DNA of 60,872 bases, filler included, from Sphacelaria rigidula (GCA_964200075.2; 10 parts of 10 records of this genome joined end to end with filler, not necessarily neighbours in it); one strand, 5' to 3'; positions 25,802 through 38,515 are shown, numbered from the whole stretch's first letter. The notes: generated by a model from the sequence alone, not told the origin. A program made the numbers and translations.

Positions 25802-26602
25802 TTAACCCTTCGAACGCCAGGACGCCAGCGGGTTCATCTGGGCGATGTAGACTGTGTCAATTGAAAATGATGCCGATTCAATAGATGTAGCTACCCTGGC
25901 GGTGAAAGGGTTTGCTCTCCTTTCACCCCAACCATGGATCATTGGGGGTCATTTACCCCTTGGCCCGCGCTGCACATAGTCCATCTGGATAACGCACACT
26001 TTTTTCAAGTGGAATTGATGCCAATTCAGCAGGTAACATACCCTCGCCGTCAAAGGGTTAACCCTTAGACCGCGAGATTGGTCTTTCTGGATCATGCATA
26101 CTGTTTTCACTTGAAACTGATGCCGATTCAACAGAAGAATAACCTCGCGGTCGAAGGGTTAACCCTTACACAGCGAGAGTGGGCCATGTGTTGAATCGGC
26201 ATCAATTTCACTTGAAGAAAGAATGCATGATCCAGAAGGACTACCCTCCTCGCGGTCCAAGGGTCAAGGTATCTCAAACTCAAATTTCCCGGTTTATTCA
26301 ACGGTAAGTCATTGTCGAATATATCGGGATCGCGGAGTTTTAGATACCTCGAGTTTCAAAGGGTCAAGGTATCTCAAACTGGAGTTTCCCGGTTTATTCA
26401 ACGGTAATTCACTGTCAAATACATCGGGATTCCGGAGTTTAAGATACCTCGAGTGTGAGATACCTCATTTTTTCAAGTGCGGGAAATGATTCCGATTTAA
26501 CCCTTAGACCGCGAGGTTAGTCTTCTGTTGAATCGGCATCAATTTCAAGTAAAAAAAATTATGCATGATCTAGAAAGACTAATCTCGCGGTCTAAGGGTT
26601 AA
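25802..26602. mobile_element. Cluster of five ~100-bp piggyBac-like MITEs plus small GAG-terminal MITEs
   Basis: TTAA|CCCTT...AAGGG|TTAA units at about 25806-25910, about 25957-26057, 26062-26158, 26163-26263 and 26501-26598; adjacent units share single TTAAs. Confidence 0.8.
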
Positions 26603-27430
26603 CAAATGACCTTCCCTGATGGTCGAAGAGTAACCCTTGGACGGCCAACAATTACTACTCGAGTAGAAATAATGAAATACTGCCGATATGCCAACGTGAC
26701 ACACCATGGCGTCCGTCAGCCTCGCGTCGGAACATGCCGGACTTCGATGCCTGCCTAGGCAATATTGGCAATCTGAGGGGGAGTTGGAATCAAAAGAGGT
26801 ATCTCAAACACGAAACTCTCGGTTTATTTCACAGTAAGCTACAGTCAAATATACCAGGAACCTCGAGTCTGAGATACATCCAAGAATAAACGATTCGATT
26901 CAACGGACCGCCCACCCACTAAAATTAACCGGCGTTCAACGCCGGTTAATTCACCTCCCCCAAGTGGTCAAATGATTATCCAACAGCCGCAGTTGGTCTT
27001 TCAATGATACTGTAGAGACAGTAGAGTAGAGTATCTTCATTTTTTTTAAAGTAGGAGTACTCGTACTCGAAGTCGTATATATCGTGTACACCACAAGCAA
27101 GTCACAATCGTTTGAACGTCCACATCGGCGTTCTGCATGGCTGTGCGTTGACTCAATATGACAACGTGCATTTCTTCACCGCGTATGGTCTAGGCTGCTT
27201 TAACCCTTGGCCGTGTCTTATTGAGAGAAACAAAAACAAGCGCGAAGTGTAACAAGCGTCCAAAATCAGCATCTTGATTGGTTGCCGCAACCATAGACCC
27301 GCCCGGCGGTCAATCAACTCGCTGCTCCGGACGCTTATTCCTCTTCGTGCTTGTTTTTTTGGTCTCCATAAGGGCGTGTCTCAGCATACTGTACCCTTTT
27401 TTTTTCGATCGGAAGAGTGCAGTGGAAAAG

Positions 27431-28435
27431 AATATTTGCGACCTGATAACTCCACCACATTTCTGTTCCCAGTTGACTTCAACTATTTTTTAATGATTGG
27501 TGGCGCGCGAAGCGGCACTTGACTCCTATCTTACAGGCCACCACGCCAGATACCACCCGTTCACAGAACCATGAAAACTCCATGCAACTCATTCTCAGCT
27601 ACCACCGCAACCCTGCAGCATAGAGCACGAGTTCAGCACAGGGATCAATACACGGCACTAGTCAGGTATGATTTGTTTATTTTTTGTTGGCGATGGTAAG
27701 GGTCAGCAACGGAACTGCGTGGTAGGGTGGGCAACCGGGTTCCGTACATGCTCATGAAGAGTACAGGCAGTACAAAGCTGCACGTTGCCCAAGTCCTCTT
27801 CACGTCGCATTGTAAGCAGAGAGAACATATAGTCCTGGGCTGTCTGCACGGCACGTTGCCCACTTCTCGTTCACATCCTACGATACGAAACACGCACACA
27901 CGCACTCCAAGGCACGCTGTATGCAAAGAATGCAGACAGACTGTACTCTACTGTACACTAGCGACCAAGTACCGCTTCACGAATTTATTTCACCGTCTCT
28001 TTTCAATCGAAAGCTTGGAAGTTCGCTCGGACCCAACTCGAGAAAAATGAGCGAATTTTGCTCAAGTCGATTCCACCGCATAATTTTTTCGATCGAAAAA
28101 GTCCGATGGAAAAAAATATTTGCGATCTGATAGGTCCATCGCATTTCTGTTCCTAGTTGACTTCAACTATTTTTTATGATTAGTGGCGCGCGGAGAAGAA
28201 GTAAAAACCAAGCTTTTTCGATCGAAATCATGCCGTCGAAAGACACGAAGCGACACTTGACTCCTATCTTACTGATCACCACGCCAGATACCACCCGTTC
28301 ACACAACCATGAAAACTACAAACAACTCATTCTCAGCTTCCACGGCAACCTTGCAGTATAGAGCATGAGTTGAACACAGGGGTAGATACACTGCAGTACG
28401 GTAGTCGGGTGTGCTTTGTTTATTTCTTGTTGGCG
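27431..28435. repeat. Diverged direct duplication (27431-27692 vs about 28116-28435)
   Basis: Shared blocks such as CAGTTGACTTCAACTATTTTTT and CACCACGCCAGATACCACCCGTTCACA. Confidence 0.8.
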
Positions 28436-28470
28436 GGAACTTGAGCATCTTTTTTCATGTTAGGAAACAA

Positions 28471-28836
28471 CCGGTCGCCCGGGTGGCTCAGTCGGTAACC
28501 TTTACACCTTCTGACAGTTGAGTTGTGGGTTCGAATCTAGGTGCTTTCACATGATCTGGGTTTTTTTTTCTCACACCATGCCCAGCAGTGAAGAGCGACG
28601 ATGTCGTGAGTACACAAAATTCGCCCTCGCGGTCGACGAGGGAAAGAGACTGCTCGACCCCTCTCGCGATAAAACAAATAAAGGCAAGCACAGCAGAAGG
28701 AAGGTGGAGAACTAACATAAAAAATAAAACTCCTATACTGGCCCTCCTCCTGTGTGACCCCTGCTGGTACGCCCACATATACGGAAAGGTGTAGGCTGGC
28801 GTCCAGAATTGATGGGACGACAACACACACACACAC
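28471..28836 (+). mobile_element. tRNA-derived SINE, family 1
   Basis: A box TGGCTCAGTCGG, B box GGTTCGAATCT, (CA)n tail. Confidence 0.9.
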
Positions 28837-29558
28837 TGCATGCAAACAGTGCAGACAGTACAGAGTGTACTTACTGTACACAAAGGACCAAGTACCGCTT
28901 CACGAATTTCGAGGGCTGTTAACTGGACCAGTTTATACTGACGATCAAAAACTGGAACTGGAGAGATAAACTGGAGCTGACGACGAGGGCGCCAGTTTAT
29001 CCAATTTATTTGAGGTTTCCCGTTACTGGCTATTTTTATACCAATTTTGTTATGGTGATTCAGCAAACATACTTTTACACCGTTACGTATCATTTGACTA
29101 CCATTGAGGCCTGCACTTTACAGGTGCAGAGGAATATGAGGTATCAATCAAGACGGGGGGCGCTTCGAAGGCATCGACGAAAATCGTTTGCGTCGATGAC
29201 GCGTAGAGTAGCGGTATACAGCTTCATGTTCCGCCTTTCGTGGTTCGGTTGACTTGTAAAGCATAGGTCTAGCGTCCTGTGGTGGTACCGCAGCACATGG
29301 AAAACGGGTTTTCCGTGGGGCAGTCACTAGCTGACTACTTCATGTGTTTTCTAGATTTTTTTGTCCCATCTGCTTTTTTGGTACCTCATGATTCTGTATT
29401 TCCCGGGGGGGGTTGCCGTGGCGTGTAAGTCGACGGCTGGTCCGTCGAACGAGGAAATGAAGAAAAAGGAGTTGTGACTTAAACACGGCGGGACGCTCGA
29501 TGCTGAACTGCTGAACTGCCGAACGTCAAACCCCAAGTGCCAACTGCCAATTGTATAG

Positions 29559-29921
29559 CCGGTCGGCCCGGTGGCTCAGTTGGTAACCTCGAAGCCTTCC
29601 GACGGTTGGGTCGTGGGTTCAAATCTCGGAGCGATCTGAGATTTTTTCGCACACAATGCTCAACATTGGAGAGCGACCATGTCGTGGATACAGAAAATTC
29701 GACTATACGGTCGACGAGGGAAGGGGACTGCTGAACCCCTCTTGCAATAAAACAAATAAAGGCGAGCACCGCAGAAGGAAGGTGGGGTTCTAAAACAAAT
29801 AAAAAAGAAAAGACTCATGTGTTGGCCTTCCTCCTGTGTGGCCCCGGCTGGTGCGCCCACATACACCGAACGGTGTAGACCGGCGTCCAGGATAGATGGA
29901 ACGACAACAAACAACCCACAC
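29559..29921 (+). mobile_element. tRNA-derived SINE, family 1
   Basis: A box TGGCTCAGTTGG, B box GGTTCAAATCT, CA-rich tail. Confidence 0.9.
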
Positions 29922-30276
29922 ATGATGAAGTTAGTTTTGAACACGATGCAGCACGTGCTCACTACATCTCGAAGTGATATTATAGCAGAGGTATGCCAAG
30001 GTTTGCCGTTTCATTGCACGACATCCGAAAACAAAATCAATAACGAACGGTAACCCGCAACCACAAAATACAGAAAAAGCAATGACGTGATGTTCAACTA
30101 CATGCGTGCGTGTTTGTCGGCCCGGACGTGAATAACTTGGCGCTCGCATTCGGGATCCCACATGCTGCCAGCCTTGGCTTCCTTGCTTCCATCTTCCGCT
30201 CATCACGGACAGTCGACACTTCCTACGATAGCCCCCCGCAAAAAGGTGCCTGGTTTGGGGAGACAAAATCTTCACG

Positions 30277-30370
30277 TTTTTCTTCTTTTTTCTCTCCTCA
30301 CACTTTGAACCCCCCCCCTTCCTCGGGATGAGTCCGTGGTCTCAAGGGATCAACCCATCTCTCCCCCGTA
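30277..30370 (-). mobile_element. SINE family 2 / LINE-type 3' fragment
   Basis: Matches 17300-17367 and the reverse complement of 49879-49961. Confidence 0.65.
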
Positions 30371-30389
30371 CGCTCCTTTCACTTTGACC

Positions 30390-30489
30390 NNNNNNNNNNN
30401 NNNNNNNNNNNNNNNNNNNNNNNNNNNNNNNNNTTAATTAATTAANNNNNNNNNNNNNNNNNNNNNNNNNNNNNNNNNNNNNNNNNNNN
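30390..30489. other. Artificial contig linker
   Basis: N44-TTAATTAATTAA-N44. Confidence 0.99.
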
Positions 30490-30552
30490 TGACACACTTA
30501 TGAGCCCCTTTTTTCGTGCAACCAAACCCCTCCCCCTATCGTAGGATGACTC
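30490..30552. mobile_element. GAGTCATCC-family transposon terminus
   Basis: Near-identical to 12201-12266. Confidence 0.75.
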
Positions 30553-31049
30553 AAGCATGGATTTCTACGGAACTGCCAAGTTTGAGGATGATCTGAGGTT
30601 TTCTGGAGCGGGTCAGACGGAAATCGTCACGAGGCTCGCTGAGGTTATCTCCATATTACGAGGAGTGATTAGACGGCCCCAAACTCCACATCACGGAAAC
30701 ATAACGGTTTCGGTATCCTTCGACCCCGTCGGAACCGTTTTCAATCCCGTTTCTCCCGCGAGAATTTGGAGGTGATGACGGTCACTACGACTTTAAGCAT
30801 GTGGAAATTCGGTCGGAATTGGGCTTGGAGTTCGTATTTTCAATTTCGGAACAGTTTGAAAGGCGCTGATTGGTCGAGCCACACTTTTGTCCATAGCTCC
30901 ACCTCTTTAGCCGTATACAAAATTTCGGCTGTTTCACCCTCTTCATCTGTTCATTGCGGTCAGTATGATACCATGTATGCGGCTATTGGGTGCATACGGC
31001 AGAAGGTTGCTGAGTAGAGAATTTGGTTTTTGTTTCCGTGAATCAGCCT

Positions 31050-31468
31050 GTAAAGATGTACCAGTAGTCGGAAGGAGAAGAAGTTGGTGCACGGAACTGC
31101 ACCTGTGGCAAAGCAATAGGAAGCAGGCGACATGTACCAGCAGAACGAGAATTGTACGAGGAGGCACGGGGCCGGATGGAGGGGGCAATGCGGGACGTAC
31201 ACGAACGTGGCATGAACATGTTTGATGCATTAGACGGTATGAAGAAACGGCGATGATGGTGGGAGATCATGGACGGCCGGAGACGAGGAAATCGGAGGGG
31301 AACAAGATACGTGAACGGGTTTTCTGTAATGCCTGGAATAAACCGCACGAGCGCCGATATGTTGGAGGAGTCTCCACCAGGAGTAGTAACGGCGTTCCGT
31401 CTCGAAAGGCACGCGTGCGCAGCAGTCAAACGAGTAAGTTGAGCGACACATGAGCCCCCCCCCCCCCC
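31050..31468 (+). mobile_element. 5'-truncated LINE family A copy ending in a poly-C run
   Basis: Translates to RYVGGVSTRSSNGVPSRKARVRSSQTSK, homologous to the LINE C-terminus at 55766-56160; the stop codon is followed by about 14 C. Confidence 0.8.
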
Positions 31469-32753
31469 GACGGGATGTCAAAGAATTCCACACCCTGGAC
31501 AATACAATGTATTTTCAATATATGTAAGTCGATCATACTGGAATGTTTGACATGTTGCCGGCGTAATGTTTACTGGTACCGTCGGACAACCAACACTTCG
31601 TGTTGAAGCCAGCGAAAATATTGTTTTTTATTGCACATTGTGTTGAGATGTCCTTGGAGACATTATAGCAACAACATACATTGCTCGTGTCATGATCATG
31701 AAGTAATGTACGTCAATATATATTTGACACGCAGTTGCTCCGGCAATAAAACATTCAATTTATATTACGCACGCGGGCCGTGTGTGTATTGAAGTGGAAA
31801 TATATATGGAGTCGAACCGATGCGTAGCATGTCACTACTATGATATACATCGAACGCAAACCATGCAGAAGTATCGTTTCTCCAATATGTAATGCACACG
31901 CTCATCGGATAGCTTTTGTGCAGCCAACACATGTCGAAAACGCTTGCGGAGGAATACATTGAGCGTTTTCGGCATGTAAGATGCATGTTTGAATGGCGCC
32001 CGTGAACAAAGAACTGCCCACCATACTAATACAAATACAGTTTGCGTTGTAGACGGTGAAAATGCATATATTTTGCTACACCAACATGTATTGTGACCGT
32101 CGGTGCCCTAGTGTGTTGTCCGCCCAATACACACTGGACGCATTGACGCACAACATATTGGGGCGGCAATATATTTTGGCGCTTCGGGTGTTGGGCATAT
32201 CGAATCGTCAATATAAATTGATCTCGGGTGACAGCCAATATATGACTCAACAAACATATATATATATATATATATTGGTGCCTTCTCGCACCAACATGTT
32301 ACTCGGCCAATACATATTTTGAGGCGGTGGGTGTCGTTACATATTGTTCGGTCGTGATATATTGTTCGGTCGACATATATTGCATGTCGCCAGCCTTGAC
32401 ATATCGATGGTACGATGTATATTGACCCTCTCTCGTGCCATCATCCTGTCGCCCGATATATATTGACCACCCGATGCGTCGATACATTGAGCGGGCAATA
32501 TATTACGTATTGTATTGCACAAAGTGTGAAGAATTCAGAGACAAGGAGGCGTAAACAAGTGCTTTGGTCTTGACGCACAATGACCGGCGGGTGGACCGAC
32601 ACGAGCGAGATCTCATGACGAGAAAAGGAAGAAAGCGAAACACTATCAACAAGCGAAGCGAGCCAACAATTGACATACTGAATATTACGCACCATAACAG
32701 AAAGAAAACCACCTCCAATGAAGGCAAGTGGCATTGGGGCGTCGGCATGACTT

Positions 32754-33075
32754 TCATGTGGAAAGAGGCCGAATACGATGTCGATCCACAGGCGGACCAA
32801 CTACGTATCTCGCACCGTCCACCTTGAACTCTGCGGACCCGAAGGTCAGATAGTTGCACATGCCCATGTACACGGGACACCCATCCTGCCCATATGGGAG
32901 GAAGTTGTCGTCATCGTTACACACGGGACTGCAGTGGTCGGCGAAATTTTGTTACGACACATACATAAATATAGCAGCACAGAATGCTAAATAGTCGACC
33001 CAAGCAATACGAAGAAAAATACCAATATAATAAATCCAGCGAACAACTCACCTGGGGAGGATGTAGCACGTCGGC
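32754..33075 (-). CDS. Possible last two exons (33052-33075 micro-exon and 32754-32928) of an unknown or decayed gene
   Basis: CAG|..24 nt..|GTGAG and CTGCAG acceptor join in frame to PTCYILPSPVCNDDDNFLPYGQDGCPVYMGMCNYLTFGSAEFKVDGARYVVGPP...*. Confidence 0.4.
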
Positions 33076-34136
33076 CTGAGTGCAGCGGCCCAAACGGACA
33101 CACGTCAACTCAATTTTGGGAGTGGACATATGCACGGCGGGCCAGTAGCATCTGTGCGCAGCTGCAATATAAAGCCTTTTGTCGTTGTCATAACTTCACG
33201 GGTGGGCACTACGCGACCATCAAGCATGCTCATGCCCGGAACCGGACGACCACCCCCCTCCGTGGAACGACGAGAAAATATCGGCGCGGTACCGGAAACA
33301 CGCCCCCGAAACAAAGGAAAGAAAAAAACGTACCCAGCCTGCCCGTTTGTAGTGTCTCGACATCTGAATCAACACCTTACGTAGCAACGCGTCACCCTTT
33401 CACTCGACTTCCGCCGGATCGTTACAATCAGGTCAGCAAGGTGTGTTGAAGGACATCATGCTACAGGGGAGCACAAAGTTCACGGCGACGGTGTACGAAT
33501 TCCTATCTCATTCCGCAGCACGTCACCTGGGACACGCTCAGCACGCTTCGGAGACGATGTCCAAGGCAAGTGGAGGAAAGAGACAACGCAGTCGCGGGTT
33601 CGACCAACGTCTGTTACCAAACCCCCGAGACACCGAATTCTGAAACATCCCGACACGCCACTAATTGCGAAATCGTGCATACCTGCACCGGAATACGACA
33701 TTATAGTATGTTCTGACTACATTTTAAGACACGCAGCCACTTTCGCAAACAGCCCCAATGCGCTGTAAACGCCAGGTGCATGGTGCGAAGATGCCAGCTC
33801 CCCCCCCCCCCCCCCCCCCCCCCCACCAACAAAACACCCCCCCCCCACCACACCAACCACACCCCCCCCCACCCACNNNNNNNNNNCCCCTTTCGCAACC
33901 CGCCCCAATGCGCTGAAAAGCCCGGGGGCATGGTGCGACGGGCCCAGCCCCCCCCCCCCCCGCCCCTTCAAATGAGTACGCCCCCCCCCCCGCCCCTTCA
34001 TAAATCGGGGACCATCACGATCATAACATACAACAATGCCCTCACTCAATCGCGAGCACGCGATAAATCGAATGGACCGAAATCACGAGCGACTCACCGC
34101 CTGGCCCGGCCCATCTCACCCCACGATATACCGATA

Positions 34137-36285
34137 ATGTCTATGGCGATTGCCGCTGGTAGTAGTAGCGAAATTCCCCTCATCGAACAGCAACGTTCGT
34201 ACTCATACTTGAATGCGCAAGGTAAATATGGCTACTTCGAGAAATGGCCCATTGACGTGGCGGAGTGCCGATGTCACTCGATGACGAGACATGCCGCGAT
34301 AGGGGGGGGGGGGTGTTTTCGCCGTTTTATTCCAAAACTCCCTACAAACAAATCGTTGCGGACAGCAGCAGCGGCAGTTCGAACGCGCTGGCTTCCGATA
34401 TGCAATGATAAATCGTAGTGGTTGGCACCCCCTTTTCCCAAATATAAGCGCACCGCCCATGTTACCCGATCAAATCATAATTTGTGTTGCGACTGCGCCG
34501 TGCACGTTTATCACCACCCATCGAACAGCACTTTACGACCCCAAAATGGAGAGGCGACCCGCGGCTCCGCGATCCACCACCTGCGCACAAGCGGAAGAAA
34601 TGTTCTGTTTCGCGGCTGTCCCATTTCCATCCCCGCATACACATATCTACGAGCAATTATTGAGACCTACATTGAGTGCGCGAGAGGTAGATCGCCGTGT
34701 TGACAGGAAAGCCGCGGCCCCCGTCATCCGCCAATGAAGCCCACGCCATGAAGTATGACTCATATATTGCGATGGCCGCCATTATAATCCAGCCTAGCAA
34801 AAAAATGAATCCTAAGCTCAGCGAAAACGCAAAATGCGTGTCGCCACTTCGGAAAGCGGGCCGCTGCTGCGCGCCGCCCATGCCGCGCGACACAATTGCT
34901 CGCAATGCGGGTGCCGTAACGAAGTTGTCGTGTACCTGATGACAAATCCCGAAATTGGAACAAAACATGCACGCGAGGTCTACACACTCGTTGTCAGCGA
35001 AGCGGCCCACGGACGCGACCCGCCAGTGTCACGACAAGCCTATGATGGAACACGCCTTCCGGAGGTAAATAACGTGACACTGAATAAGAAACCTCATACC
35101 CCCCAAAGCGAGAAGGGGCAGCGTCGCCCAGCACTCTTTGAGGAGAACCGGCGTCTACCGACCAGGGTCATGTCTCTCACTTGCTCCAATTCGACGAGGC
35201 TGATGAAGTAAGCGGCGGCGTGCGAAAGAGTAGAACCCCCCCCCCCCCCGTATGACTAAAATCCTATATGTGTTACCCCATATTTTCTGGACCTCAGTCT
35301 ACACCTCTCGGAATATATTGGCCCATCGGCCCGGCCCACGCGGGAGGAAGGCGAACGTAAGAGCTATCGTCTTCTTGCTGTTGTTTTAGTTCTCCAACTT
35401 CCTTCAGCAGTACTTCTTGCATTATCTATATCGCTACAGGGTTCAGCGGTCTCTTTCCAACATCGGCCGCGAAGTCGATTTATTCATCAAAATATGTATA
35501 GAGCAATGATGCGGAAGGGATACACTTTTGCACAAAATATCGTCTCGTGTATGGATTTCCAACGGTTCTAGATCCACGAGAATATGAGTGAGGGCGCCCC
35601 TGTTTGAAAATATAATTCTTGACGCTGCTACATTGGAAGAGTAGTACTGATATATCCTCAGATACTTCACAAGTCATGTTTCAGCTGAGAGGAAGGGCTA
35701 CTAACAACATTCTAGTATCGGAAAAGGTTTGTGCACCCCCACTGTAGCGTCCCTCTGAGGGTCCATCTCCAGCAGCTGGCCACCATGGACATGATCCCTC
35801 GTGCCACGTAACATACACGCACCACATCGCCACCGTGTCTGTCGAACACTCCGTCGGTGTCCCCGCAGAAGCCAGGCCTGTGGTCAGCTCTGGGCATAAT
35901 AGGTCCCATCCTTCGCCAGATCAGTTTCCCAAGAGTCTCCATATGTTCCGATCAACTGGAAGAAATCATAAGCCCAGATTGGAAAACGATCATGCTCCCA
36001 CATCCACCAGCTTCAGGCGCCTACTCAACAGATCAAGAAAGGGCAGAAAGAGACGCGGAAAAGAAGGTCACGGATTATGCTACAGATTACCTGTTGAGCC
36101 ATGTCGTTCCCGTCAAAGACGGAAGACGCAAACCCCATTCCGAACTGAGGATTTTGGTAACTCTCGCGCATATCTTCGCCTGTCACGAGACCGACTGGCC
36201 TTCGGCAGATGTAGTGAGGGCCCGCCTCGAGAAAGAAGAGGAGGACAAGGAGGCGGCAGCTCAGGCGTTCGTCTCACCTGGCAAG
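34137..36285 (+). pseudogene. Decayed multi-exon coding region; best-preserved part about 35857-36285
   Basis: Protein-like frame DQERAERDAEKKVTDYATDYLLSHVV...ARLEKEEEDKEAAA ending at donor AAG|GTACAG; upstream blocks carry stops and frameshifts. Confidence 0.35.
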
Positions 36286-36486
36286 GTACAGTGAATCGAG
36301 TTGCATTATCAACATTGACTCAGACACTCCATCATATGCAACGGCCGTCGATATTTTCCAACTGACCGAAAAAAATTGAGCAATGACCCACGACAAGAAG
36401 ACTCACCTAATAGACATATGGCGTCGGGATATAAAACCAAGCCATGCTGCAAAAGGAGGGGGTGGGGGGTGGGTGGTATACTCATG

Positions 36487-36586
36487 NNNNNNNNNNNNNN
36501 NNNNNNNNNNNNNNNNNNNNNNNNNNNNNNTTAATTAATTAANNNNNNNNNNNNNNNNNNNNNNNNNNNNNNNNNNNNNNNNNNNN
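36487..36586. other. Artificial contig linker
   Basis: N44-TTAATTAATTAA-N44. Confidence 0.99.
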
Positions 36587-36692
36587 TGACCTTCCTCCTG
36601 TGTGACCCCGGCTGATGCACCCACATAATATCCCGAAAGGGGTAGACTGGCGTCCAGAATAAATGGGACGACAACACACACACAACACACAC
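36587..36692 (+). mobile_element. SINE family 1, 3' fragment
   Basis: CCTTCCTCCTGTGTGACCCCGGCTG...GGGACGACAACACACAC. Confidence 0.8.
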
Positions 36693-37894
36693 TACTGTTG
36701 TACTGTAGTACGCAACTCCACCCCCTCCCTTCCTGTCTGTTCCCGCCACGACACGTGATTTATTTTCATCAGCATCAAGCATAAACTCCGCTCCCAGACG
36801 TTTTCAACGTAACAGGCAAAACAACAGCATATCACTGTTTCGGTGAAGGTGGATATCTTCTTCCGCTATGGTAGTACGTGTACAATGCACCCGAGCGTAC
36901 AACCATCAACATGGCGGAACGAGTGAGCTACAATTCGCAGCAGTTCATCACTCACCCGCCACTGTTTGAACACAGATCGAACAACGGCGATGGTGTAATA
37001 TACATGAAAATAGAGGGGACTACTACGAACGAATCACACACTCCCTCTCCTCCTTCAAACGCCATCCCCAGAATCTCCCACAGCTAATCAACCCCACCTC
37101 TACATGCGATTAATGTCGATCGTACAGCATATCTGCTTGGCTGCTTAGCTCGTGAGGTCTTACTTTTTCGACGAACCGGCACAAAACTGCCCGATGAAAT
37201 TTAGCGGTTTCGCATCTTTAGTTTTTTAATTCCAAGCATTCAGGTCTGTCTACGCGAGAACAACAATCACCAAATCGATCCACAAAACCAATAGCACCCC
37301 CGCAGGCCACGGGCAGACACACCTGCACAGGAAGGAACCGTACAATACTGTATAACTAAAGGGATACGGCACGTCCGGCGTGCGGCTGACTAGGGTGATG
37401 ACTGACAAGGCGCTTGCGGAGAGAGAAAGCGGCGAGGATAGTGCGTCGACTTCTTCCTTAACGTCCGAGGTGATGCGCAGCACACCCCACACCGTTTTCC
37501 ATCTTTTTCCGTTTCTTGAGGCGGACATTCTGGCTATATAGATAGAAGCGCTTCTAGAGTGGGGTGGGGTGCATGTCCGAAACCGTAGCATGTGCGTCTT
37601 CTATAGCATGTAGTTCGCTCCTATCACGTTTCGGGGCACTTCTGTTGCCGATGGAGCACAATTATGGCTGATTACGGGCGCGGTCAGGGCGAGAGGAACA
37701 CGTAAACTGCCCGCGGGTCAGTCAAAATCATTTCAGAGAATCCATGTGTACTTGTACCGGTGACAGCGGACAGTAGAGGACAAAACGTTGTTGTCGTCAT
37801 CTGCGCACAGGGTCAACTTGAAAGCGACAGCTCGCTGGTAATGATTTCAACTGTCCTGTTTTGTTGCGTGCCTTTTCCCATCAAGGGGTAACCA

Positions 37895-38023
37895 ATGCGA
37901 CCCTTTCAAATGTATGCTGTGTCTGACCTGGGTGAAGGTGTCAGCTACAGCAATAGTGGCTGCGGAGGGGCTGGTGGTGGGAATGGTGTCGATACCATAT
38001 ATATACCTCTTCTTGGGCATACT
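37895..38023 (+). CDS. Candidate first exon of the CAP-domain gene
   Basis: ATG preceded by an in-frame stop, 43 codons, donor ACT|GTATGT in phase 0; no homology support. Confidence 0.35.
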
Positions 38024-38248
38024 GTATGTAAAGTATTTGGGAAAAACTCGCTTGATTCGTGCCTTCTGCCCCACTTCGTGTTTATGATTTTCGCATTAAT
38101 TTTTCCAGGGCAGGGGGCGGCTCGGCTTTTCCCTCCTTTTTTCCTGTATTACGGAGTACTCCACAGGAAAATGAGAGAACGAGAACTTACATGACACCCT
38201 TGTTCCACTTTCGTCAATCCATTCCATGACCTGTCCAAACGTGCACAG

Positions 38249-38515
38249 AGCTCTGCTGACTCTAGCGAAATGAGCATTACCGAGATGAACATGGCTATCC
38301 ACAGACCTACGGTGCTACGGAACATGAACTCGTTGAGGGCGATGCACGGTGCACCGCCATTGGAGTGGTCTGAAGTTTGTGCACGGAGAGCATGCCAGCG
38401 AGCGAACCAAGAAGCGGGCCCGATACCCGATTTTGGGGAGAGCTTGGCACGAAGTGCGGATGATCGATGGCAGGATCCCACTACGGCGTGTGTCCAGAGT
38501 TTAAAGCACTGGCAG
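38249..38515 (+). CDS. CAP/SCP (PR-1/GAPR-1-like) domain protein, N-terminal domain exon
   Basis: LRNMNSLRAMHGAPPLEWSEVCARRA...GESLA...SLKHWQ matches the CAP pattern HNxxRxxHGAPPLxW...GENLA...W; acceptor GCACAG, donor CAG|GTACGG. Confidence 0.88.

Noticed and set aside
25802..26602. CRISPR-like or satellite array
   Set aside because: Units are homologous along their whole length, have TIRs and TTAA flanks and switch orientation; there are no unique spacers and no cas genes.
28471..28545. tRNA gene
   Set aside because: A and B boxes are present, but there is no closed acceptor stem and the head continues into a conserved 300-bp SINE body in every copy.
33738..33950. Tandem duplication of a ~60-bp unit across the 10-N gap
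   Set aside because: The second copy differs mainly by changes to C or G next to long C-runs, typical of low-quality read ends on either side of a gap.
37333..37590. Extra upstream exon of the CAP gene
   Set aside because: The plus-strand frame looks protein-like but contains two stops and no clear donor.
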